DNA of 11,494 nucleotides from a bacterium (GTDB taxonomy: Bacteria; UBA10199; 2-02-FULL-44-16; DYJF01): NCBI GenBank assembly GCA_041739675.1, contig JBGSNL010000063.1, forward strand, positions 1-11,494, written 5' to 3'. The notes beneath the pieces are model-generated. The model saw nothing but the letters and a program-made list of their open reading frames with translations. It was not told where the DNA came from and did no database searches. Every line of letters starts with the position of its first letter. Within the stretch, counting starts at the first letter, position 1. Position numbers and translations under genes: made by a program. Positions 1 to 6,545 of this stretch are shown in pieces.

Positions 1-7
1 AGGAGGT
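1..7 (+). promoter_or_regulatory. Ribosome binding site of the four helix bundle gene
   Basis: AGGAGGT at 1-7, ATG at 13. Confidence 0.85.
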
Positions 8-12
8 ATTCC

Positions 13-357
13 ATGAATCATCAGAAGCTGAGATGCTATGAGGTCTTACTAGGTACCGCAAAAAGGTTGCCGGGCATCGTGGCTAGAATGCCAAGAGGAC
101 ATAATTATATAGTAGATCAGCTGAGAAGGGCTCTATCCAGTGGGATACTTAATCTATCTGAGGGAAATGGGAGAACGTCGGCAAAAGAGAGGGCAAGGTT
201 TTTTGACATATCGCTGGCATCCATCGCCGAATCCTCATCGGCTATTGATGTCATGCAGGCGTTTAACTTGATCTCAAGACAGACAGGCGATGAATTCAAA
301 TCCCAGCTGAGAATCGCCTATGCCATGATCGTCAATCTCAAGAAATCTGGATTCTGA
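13..357 (+). CDS. Four helix bundle protein (TIGR02436 / 23S rRNA IVP / Avd-like family)
   Basis: 114 aa with family-typical motifs 'DQLRRALSSGILNLSEGNGR' and 'ERARFFDISLASIAE'. Strong Shine-Dalgarno AGGAGGT at 1-7, 5 nt before the ATG. Confidence 0.9.
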   Translation: MNHQKLRCYEVLLGTAKRLPGIVARMPRGHNYIVDQLRRALSSGILNLSEGNGRTSAKERARFFDISLASIAESSSAIDVMQAFNLISRQTGDEFKSQLRIAYAMIVNLKKSGF

Positions 358-402
358 GATCTTAATCCAGGTCCAGATCTTGATCTATTATCTAGATTCC
401 AG
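345..402. repeat. Degenerate hexamer tandem tract (consensus about ATCYWR) across and after the four helix bundle stop codon
   Basis: Units: ATCTGG(345) ATTCTGAG ATCTTA(359) ATCCAG GTCCAG ATCTTG ATCTAT T ATCTAG(390) ATTCCAG(396). CTGGATT 347-353 can also pair with AATCCAG 364-370. Confidence 0.65.
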
Positions 403-418
403 CTCATTATTTGTACTA

Positions 419-447
419 TTGATCAAACCGCCGGCATGCGCTAGATT
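419..447 (+). promoter_or_regulatory. Putative sigma70 promoter of amrS (probably leaderless transcript)
   Basis: TTGATC (419-424), 17-nt spacer, TAGATT (442-447), then 6 nt to the ATG at 454. No SD-like purine run before the ATG. Confidence 0.5.
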
Positions 448-453
448 CGCTCT

Positions 454-1479
454 ATGCACGAAGCAATGCTATGCAACGCAGAAGGTGACAAGATCCGGTG
501 CAGACTGTGCCGTCATAACTGTCTTATCGCCGACGGTAAACCCGGCATCTGCAACGTGCGCGTGAATAAGGGCGGGACACTAAATACCCTATTCTACGGC
601 AAACCGATAGCGATGTCGGTCGATCCCATCGAGAAGAAACCGCTCTTCCATTATTATCCCGGTTCCAAAGCCTTCTCCATCGCAACGCCCGGCTGCAACT
701 TCCAGTGCCCCTTCTGCCAGAATTGGGACATCTCGCAGTACGGAAGAACGGACGGTGTTCGCGAACCGGACAAGACAGTTTCCCCTGACAGGATCGTCGC
801 TCAGGCCAAAGCCAATCGCTGCAAAAGCATCTCGTACACATACACCGAGCCCACAATTTTTTTTGAATACGCCTACGACTGCGCAAAGCTCGCAAAAAAA
901 GAAGGGATCGGGAACAGTTTTGTCACGAACGGTTACATGACGCGCGAGGCGATCGATACGATAAAACCCTATCTCGACGCCGCAAACATCGATCTCAAGG
1001 CGTTCCGCAAGGACACATACCGCAAAGTGATGAAGGCCCAATTGGACGGCGTCTGTGACTCGATAAAATATATGAAGGAAATGGGGATATGGGTCGAGGT
1101 GACAACACTCATAGTTCCCAAGATGAACGACGACCCTGCGGAGCTCAAAGACATAGCAACTTTCCTGGTCGAAATCGGCCGCGATATCCCGTGGCACATC
1201 AGCCGCTTCTATCCGCATTATGAGTACGACACCATGGAACCGACTCCCGTCTCAACTTTGAAGGCGGCCTATGAGATAGGCAAAAAGGCGGGGCTCAGAT
1301 ACATCTATATGGGAAACGTCGCCGCAGATCCCTCGGAAAACACGTACTGCTACCAGTGCGGGGAGAAGATCATTTCGCGAAGCGGATTTTTTGTGGAAGA
1401 AAATCTCGTTACAGAAAAATCCGCATGTCCGAAATGTTCTGCTGAAATTGACGGGATTGGTTTGGGAACGAAATTCTAG
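454..1479 (+). CDS. amrS: AmmeMemoRadiSam system radical SAM enzyme
   Basis: N-terminal CRLCRHNC..GICNVR, 'DPIEKKPLFHYYPGS', radical SAM motif GCNFQCPFCQNWDIS, YTYTEP, TNGY, 'DAANIDLKAF', 'WHISRFYP', and C-terminal CxxC...CxxC. 341 aa. Confidence 0.93.
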   Translation: MHEAMLCNAEGDKIRCRLCRHNCLIADGKPGICNVRVNKGGTLNTLFYGKPIAMSVDPIEKKPLFHYYPGSKAFSIATPGCNFQCPFCQNWDISQYGRTDGVREPDKTVSPDRIVAQAKANRCKSISYTYTEPTIFFEYAYDCAKLAKKEGIGNSFVTNGYMTREAIDTIKPYLDAANIDLKAFRKDTYRKVMKAQLDGVCDSIKYMKEMGIWVEVTTLIVPKMNDDPAELKDIATFLVEIGRDIPWHISRFYPHYEYDTMEPTPVSTLKAAYEIGKKAGLRYIYMGNVAADPSENTYCYQCGEKIISRSGFFVEENLVTEKSACPKCSAEIDGIGLGTKF

Positions 1480-2666
1480 GAGCTCACTCCGCCTGCCGCT
1501 GCCGCTCCGGCCGCCGCGTTGATGCCGACATTGGCCAGTTTCTGATTCAAATCCGCAAGTCTCTCTTCCGAACGATGAACCTGCTCCTGAAGAGACTGTC
1601 TGCTTAGCTCATACTGATGCTGACGATTCGCCTCTTCGCGGTTAATCTGTCCGAGGGCGGAGCCGTTCTGGGCGTCCTGCGCGTTTATCGCGGTTCTCTG
1701 TTCTTTCTCTGCACCCTGCAGATCGTTCAAAGAGCCTTTTTCCTGTTGCAGGAGGCCATCCGTAGGCTGGGCGGGCGCCATAGCTCTCGAGGAAGGCGCG
1801 CTGGGCAGGATACCCTGTCCGCCGTTCCCCGTTATCGCCCGTGCCATATCGTTCATCGACTTGATGATCATAAATATAACTTCATCCCAACTCTTCTGCA
1901 GCTCCGCAAGCACGTCATTCTTTGATAGCCAAGTCCAGTTGGCAATATCATTCGCATATCTCGCGGCCAACGAATCGCATTCGTCTTTCTTCCCGGCGAT
2001 TCTATTCTGAAGATCGATGAGCTTCTGTTTTGAATATTCAAGCTGCTGGATCGAGGATGCGATTTTCTCCCTCTCAGCCGCTATCTGCCGCGCTTCCGCT
2101 TCGTGATTTTTGCCCGCCTCGGTCAGCTTTGCCCTGAGCTCCGAAATCTGCGATTCGATCCCGCTTATCTGTTCGTTGATTGAATATTTTCTATCCGCGG
2201 CCTCTTCGGCATGATGCTCCGCCATGCCACCATCCTGCGGCTGGCCGTTCGCACCTTGAGCAGTTGCCGGAGCGCTGCCGCTAAGACCACGACGATGTCG
2301 GTCCGGTCGAACAGGAGGATTATCTCCCGGAGGCGGTGGATCTGCAGGCGGCGGATCCTGTTGTGTCTGCTCACTTTGCAGTATATCTCCAGCCTTGGCA
2401 AAAATTGCCTCAGTCTTCTCTTGACCGAGCCGGTCCACCAGCGCATTAACTACTACGTCCTCGCCATATATCCGAACGGCACTCAATAGCTTATGAGCTT
2501 GATCTGGCGTGACAGAAAGAGTTGATGCGTAGCCATAGGTGAAAGCAATGAATATGCTGTTGAGATACTCGTAGACATCCTGCGCCGGAGCACCACCGCC
2601 GCCAGCTGGCGGCGTTGTCGCCGGAGGTGTTGTCGCAGCAGGTTCTGGCATTCCACCACTCCACAT
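1476..2666 (-). CDS. Hypothetical Pro/Gly-rich, Q/E-rich coiled-coil protein (~396 aa; ORF track extends to GTG at 2684)
   Basis: Long ORF filling the gap between amrS and nadA. ATG at 2666 is preceded by GAGAGGAAG (SD-like), whereas the GTG at 2684 lies only 5 nt from the predicted -10 box. Heptad-rich segments (e.g. INEQISGIESQISELRAKL) and Pro-rich linkers. Stop overlaps the amrS stop at the palindrome CTAG 1476-1479. Confidence 0.8.
   Translation of the reverse strand: MWSGGMPEPAATTPPATTPPAGGGGAPAQDVYEYLNSIFIAFTYGYASTLSVTPDQAHKLLSAVRIYGEDVVVNALVDRLGQEKTEAIFAKAGDILQSEQTQQDPPPADPPPPGDNPPVRPDRHRRGLSGSAPATAQGANGQPQDGGMAEHHAEEAADRKYSINEQISGIESQISELRAKLTEAGKNHEAEARQIAAEREKIASSIQQLEYSKQKLIDLQNRIAGKKDECDSLAARYANDIANWTWLSKNDVLAELQKSWDEVIFMIIKSMNDMARAITGNGGQGILPSAPSSRAMAPAQPTDGLLQQEKGSLNDLQGAEKEQRTAINAQDAQNGSALGQINREEANRQHQYELSRQSLQEQVHRSEERLADLNQKLANVGINAAAGAAAAGGVSS
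2608..2636 (-). repeat. 15-nt intragenic tandem duplication encoding ATTPP x2
   Basis: GGCGGCGTTGTCGC (2608-2621) and GGAGGTGTTGTCGC (2623-2636), 12/14 identical. Confidence 0.7.
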
Positions 2667-2689
2667 AAGGACACTTCCTCTCACTATTA

Positions 2690-2716
2690 TTATCGGCAGG
2701 CCCTACCCTAAAGTTG
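2690..2716 (-). promoter_or_regulatory. Putative sigma28 (FliA/WhiG-like) promoter
   Basis: Minus strand CAACTTT (2716-2710), 12-nt spacer, GCCGATAA (2697-2690). The -10 box is a perfect match to the sigma28 consensus GCCGATAA. The -35 resembles TAAAGTTT. Confidence 0.7.
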
Positions 2717-2717
2717 T

Positions 2718-2746
2718 CCAGAAAATGGCGTCTTTTCATTTTCTGG
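2718..2746. other. Perfect 10-bp hairpin abutting the REP-like element (possible terminator or operator)
   Basis: CCAGAAAATG (2718-2727) pairs with CATTTTCTGG (2737-2746), 9-nt loop. No clear U-tract. Confidence 0.5.
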
Positions 2747-2814
2747 GCAATCCTGAGCGGAGCGAAGGATCCCCTTGATTTCATTGGGATTCTTCGCCTC
2801 CGGCTCAGAATGAC
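2746..2814. repeat. Inverted pair of REP-like sequences (GTCATYCTGAGC...GCGAAGRATC type)
   Basis: Left arm GGCAATCCTGAGCGGAGCGAAGGATCCC (2746-2773). Right arm read on minus is GTCATTCTGAGCCGGAGGCGAAGAATCCC (2814-2786). 12-nt AT-rich spacer. Lies 9 nt after the nadA stop. Confidence 0.75.
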
Positions 2815-2823
2815 ACCCCGCTC

Positions 2824-3882
2824 TTACAGCTCCAGCATCCTCTGAAGGGCCACCTTTGCCTCATCTATTATATATGCCGCAACCTCGATTTCGTTCACCT
2901 CAGGCAAATTTTCGAGGACATAGCAAAGATCGGCAAGCGAGGTTTTGAACATATTGGGGCACAAAGACCGGGCCAGGGGAACTATATTTTTTGTGGGATT
3001 TTCACGCGCCAAACGATGAACCAGATTTATCTCGGTTCCAATCACAACTGTGGAACCCGCCTTGGCCTCCTCCGCAAATTTCTTCAGAAAAGAGGTGGAG
3101 CCGCTGGCGTCGGAGGCCTTCACTACCTCTTCGCTGCACTCAGGATGAACGACGACCTTGCAGCCCGGATATTTTTCGCGCGCATGTTTCACGTGCTCCA
3201 AATTGAAATATGTGTGTACGTGGCAATGACCCTTCCATAAAATGATCTTCGCTTCCGCCAATGCCTTGGGGTTCACGCCGCCATTTTCCTCCAAAGGATC
3301 CCAGAGAACCATCTCATTTTTCTTGAACCCTTTCACATTCGCCGTGTTTCTGCCGAGATGTTCGTCGGGGAAAAAGAATATCTTTTTCTTTTTTGAAAGC
3401 GCCCAGTCAAACGCATTCGCCGCATTTGAAGACGTGCAGACGATTCCGCCGTTTTTCCCGCAAAATGCTTTTAGCTCCGCGGATGAATTGATGTAAGTTA
3501 TAGGTACGATATCTTTTGCCGCGCCCGCTTTTTCAAGGGCCGCCCACGCATCTTCAACCTGTTCAATATTCGCCATATCCGCCAGCGGGCATCCGGCATC
3601 GGGATCGGGCATGAATACGCGCTGGCCCTTCCTTGCAAGTATGACAGAGGATTCCGCCATGAAATGAACGCCGCAGAATATAATGTATTCCGCGTCTTTG
3701 TTTGCAGCGCCGGCCTTTGCAAGCGCAAAGCTGTCCCCCTGATGATCGGAGAATTCTATCACCTCATCCTGCTGATAATAGTGGCCGAGGATCAAAAGAC
3801 GCTTGCCATATTCCCTCTTCACGTTGGCTACGCGCCTCTTCAGCTCTTCCCTGTCCATCGACTGATACGATTCCAGCTTCAT
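2824..3882 (-). CDS. nadA: Quinolinate synthase
   Basis: Motifs GHYYQ, GDS, FCGVHFMAE, AGCPLADMA, YINSSAELKA, CTSSNA, PDEHLGRN, WKGHCHVH, HPEC, GTEINL, CPNM, including the three Fe-S cysteines. Start overlaps the ligA stop (ATGA at 3879-3882). Confidence 0.97.
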   Translation of the reverse strand: MKLESYQSMDREELKRRVANVKREYGKRLLILGHYYQQDEVIEFSDHQGDSFALAKAGAANKDAEYIIFCGVHFMAESSVILARKGQRVFMPDPDAGCPLADMANIEQVEDAWAALEKAGAAKDIVPITYINSSAELKAFCGKNGGIVCTSSNAANAFDWALSKKKKIFFFPDEHLGRNTANVKGFKKNEMVLWDPLEENGGVNPKALAEAKIILWKGHCHVHTYFNLEHVKHAREKYPGCKVVVHPECSEEVVKASDASGSTSFLKKFAEEAKAGSTVVIGTEINLVHRLARENPTKNIVPLARSLCPNMFKTSLADLCYVLENLPEVNEIEVAAYIIDEAKVALQRMLEL

Positions 3883-5831
3883 TTTCCCGCCATTTTTAAA
3901 AATTCTTTCTCTGTAATGATCTTCGTCTTTCCGCCATCTGCGATTATCTTTTCGACCTTGGCGAGCTTCGATCCCGCGCCGCCGCCGCCGCCCACCACAA
4001 GATAATCAAGCTCGCGCGAAACACCATCGGCCGCCTCTCCGCCCGCCTTTTCAACCAGCTCCTGCGCAGCCTTTCGCTCCATTGCGAGCAACGCGCCAGT
4101 GAAAAGAACTTTCTTTCCGGCGAACACCCCCTCAACCTTAACCTTAGCCTTAACTTTTTCTATTCTCACCTGCTTCAACAACTTTTCAATCAGCGCCCTC
4201 TTCTCCTTCAGCCCTTCCACAACTTCACGCGCGATGACCGGGCCTATCGTATGGATTGCCGAGAGCTCATCCTCCGTGAGGGCCATCACCTTTTTTATGT
4301 CGCCGTATTCGCCCAGAATTTTTGATACGTGCCTGCCGACCTCTCTGATACCCAGCGAGCGCAGGAACGCCTCAAGCGTGAGCTCTCGCTTTTCATTGAT
4401 ATTTGAAATGAGCTTTGTGGCCAGGACATCGCCCATGCGTTCAAGCTGGAGGAGATCGTCTTTGGTGAGCGTGTAAAATTCAGCGGGATCGGTCACGAAC
4501 CCGTTCTCATAAAGTTTTGCGATGAGTTTTTCGCCGAACCCGTCGCAGCCTATCTCCTTTATGAAATGCTCAAGCTCGGCGATCTTTGAAGCGATACAGC
4601 TTTTGGGATTCGTGCAGTAGAGAAAATCGTCTTTTAGCTCCGTGGCCGCGCCGCATGACGGGCATTTTTTTGGAACGTCCACAACCTTTCCCGCACTTTC
4701 AACCACCGATTCCACATTGGGGATAACACCTCCACGCCTCATCATCAGTACCTTGGCGCCCTTTGAAACACCCAGCTTTTTTAAAATACCCACATTATGC
4801 AGCGACGCATGCGTGACCGTGACTCCTGAAAGCTCCACCGGCTCCACGACCGCCACCGGCGTTATGACGCCCGTGCGCGCCACACCCCACTCCACATCAA
4901 TGAGTTTCGTTACTCCCGATTCGCCCTGAAATTTATACGCGATTGCATAGCGCGGATGATGCGCAGTGAGCCCCAAACGCTCCTGCTCTGAAACGAGGTT
5001 TGCCTTGTAAACGACACCGTCCGTTTCAAAATCGTATTTATCACGTTGTTTTAAAAAATGCTCAAATTCTTCCTGAATTTTACTCTTCGGAACACACACC
5101 CAGTCCACAACTGGGAATCCGAATCTCTTCAATACCCGCCTTTTGAAATCCTCGGTCTCTTCTTCATCACCTCCATACAGCCACTTATGGAGAGCAGGCA
5201 ATTTCCTCAAATCCCCCAAAAGATCGTATGCCAAAAAAGAAAGCCTGTACTCCGCGGTTTTTCGCGGGTCCTTTTGCTTTATCGCACCTGCTGCAAGGTT
5301 TCTGGGATTTGCAAACTCCTTTGAGTATCTCTTGAAAATGGAAAGCGGCATGTATATCTCGCCGCGAACCTCCACATCTTTAAGATGAATCTGCTGCGGA
5401 ATATCCTTCACCGTCCGTACGTTCCTTGTGATCTCCTCACCTTCGACGCCGTCGCCGCGGGTTGCGGCCTGCACCAAACGGCCGTCTTTTCCGTATCTCA
5501 GCGATACCGCGCAGCCGTCGATCTTCGGCGAGGCCACGATATCGCCCTCGAATTTTGACGCCCAATCTTTGATCTCACTCTCGGCGTAGCACTTATCAAG
5601 CGAGAGCATGGGAATTTTGTGGATGACCTTCGCGCCGGTGGGCGTGGCATCGGAAACCAGTTCGGCCAGAGCCTTTGAATCGGGTTTGCGGCGCCTGAGC
5701 TCTTCCACCAACTGATCGAATTCGTAATCGGATATGACGGGCTTGTGCTCCACGAAGTAGAGGCGGTTGTGTTTTCTCACCTCCGCTTCAAGTTCCGAAA
5801 CCGACATTTTTTCCCAGTCCGACTTTTTCAT
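3879..5831 (-). CDS. ligA: NAD+-dependent DNA ligase
   Basis: HNRLY..ISDYEFD, PMLSLDK, adenylation motif KIDG, TRGDG, EVRGE, FANPRNLAAG, DGVVYK, PRYAIAYKF, HASLHN, Cys4 zinc finger CPSC..CTNPKSC, HhH repeats and C-terminal BRCT domain. 650 aa. Confidence 0.97.
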   Translation of the reverse strand: MKKSDWEKMSVSELEAEVRKHNRLYFVEHKPVISDYEFDQLVEELRRRKPDSKALAELVSDATPTGAKVIHKIPMLSLDKCYAESEIKDWASKFEGDIVASPKIDGCAVSLRYGKDGRLVQAATRGDGVEGEEITRNVRTVKDIPQQIHLKDVEVRGEIYMPLSIFKRYSKEFANPRNLAAGAIKQKDPRKTAEYRLSFLAYDLLGDLRKLPALHKWLYGGDEEETEDFKRRVLKRFGFPVVDWVCVPKSKIQEEFEHFLKQRDKYDFETDGVVYKANLVSEQERLGLTAHHPRYAIAYKFQGESGVTKLIDVEWGVARTGVITPVAVVEPVELSGVTVTHASLHNVGILKKLGVSKGAKVLMMRRGGVIPNVESVVESAGKVVDVPKKCPSCGAATELKDDFLYCTNPKSCIASKIAELEHFIKEIGCDGFGEKLIAKLYENGFVTDPAEFYTLTKDDLLQLERMGDVLATKLISNINEKRELTLEAFLRSLGIREVGRHVSKILGEYGDIKKVMALTEDELSAIHTIGPVIAREVVEGLKEKRALIEKLLKQVRIEKVKAKVKVEGVFAGKKVLFTGALLAMERKAAQELVEKAGGEAADGVSRELDYLVVGGGGGAGSKLAKVEKIIADGGKTKIITEKEFLKMAGK

Positions 5832-5832
5832 T

Positions 5833-6465
5833 CTACTGTCCGTCTTTCGTATCGCGCCCGAGCCCGTTCATGGGATTATACCAGACCATCCTCATTCCGA
5901 AGGCGGGATGTTCCCTCACAAGAACCATTGCCCCGTTGTCCATCGAAAAGGATTTGAACATTTCAATCGGCCAGTTGAGGGCGGCGGTGACCGCAAGTTT
6001 TATTGTGTCTGCATGCGAGACAATTGCGATCCTTCCACTGGAATAGCGCTTCTTCAGATTCGAAAGCGCATTCAGGGCACGGTCACGCACGGTGACAAGA
6101 CTCTCGCCTCCGGGAATCGTCACGGCCTTTGGATCGGAATGATAGCTCGGCCACACGTCCGGATAACGCGTCACAATTTCAGTGATTGTGAGGCCCACCC
6201 ACTCTCCATAATCGATCTCGGAAAAACTTTCGTCCAAGATAAGTTCAAGTCCAGGCCTGCCTTCGACGATTGCTTCTGCCGTCTGCCTCGCCCTCAAGAC
6301 CGGGCTCGAAATAACGGCATTGAGCTCGATCTTCTTAAGACACTCCGAAATTTCTTTGGCCTGGCGGCGGCCCACCTCGTTCAACTCAACCGGCTGCCTG
6401 CCCATAACACGCTGGGCGACGTTGTAGTCTGTCTGTCCGTGACGGATGAAGATGATCTCAAGCAT
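5833..6465 (-). CDS. Histidine phosphatase superfamily protein (phosphoglycerate mutase/CobC/PspA-like)
   Basis: RHGQT catalytic motif, 'LNEVGRRQA', 'SSPVLRARQTA', 'EIDYGEWVG', 'GGES', 'VSHADTIK'. Purine-rich RBS upstream. Stop is 1 nt before the ligA ATG. Confidence 0.93.
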   Translation of the reverse strand: MLEIIFIRHGQTDYNVAQRVMGRQPVELNEVGRRQAKEISECLKKIELNAVISSPVLRARQTAEAIVEGRPGLELILDESFSEIDYGEWVGLTITEIVTRYPDVWPSYHSDPKAVTIPGGESLVTVRDRALNALSNLKKRYSSGRIAIVSHADTIKLAVTAALNWPIEMFKSFSMDNGAMVLVREHPAFGMRMVWYNPMNGLGRDTKDGQ

Positions 6466-6508
6466 TTTCGCCTTTCCTTCCTTTCAAATTCCTAATAAAA
6501 TCGCCCGG

Positions 6509-6537
6509 ACGTTAACGAAATTCACGCGTTAAATCAA
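6509..6537 (-). promoter_or_regulatory. Putative sigma70 promoter for the phosphatase-ligA-nadA operon
   Basis: Minus strand TTGATT (6537-6532), 17-nt spacer, TAACGT (6514-6509), in the 80-bp divergent intergenic gap. Confidence 0.4.
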
Positions 6538-6545
6538 GGAGATAT

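Noticed and set aside
118..313. Direct repeat CAGCTGAGAA at 118-127 and 304-313
   Set aside because: Both copies encode QLR in frame within helices. Codon reuse explains it, and it does not look like a target-site duplication.
13..357. Diversity-generating retroelement or 23S rRNA intervening sequence suggested by the Avd/IVP-like gene
   Set aside because: No reverse transcriptase, no template/variable repeat pair and no rRNA sequence in the window. Sequence left of base 1 cannot be assessed.
345..402. CRISPR array interpretation of the repeat tract
   Set aside because: Units are 6 nt, degenerate and have no spacers. No cas genes are present.
2769..2785. IHF site between the inverted REPs (minus strand AATCAAGGGGATC)
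   Set aside because: It matches WATCAA but lacks the TTR element of WATCAANNNNTTR, which is too weak to call.
5767..6495. 242-aa + strand ORF opposite the histidine phosphatase gene (also 589-1218 opposite amrS and other short overlaps)
   Set aside because: Antisense shadows of confidently identified genes, with no motifs or RBS support.
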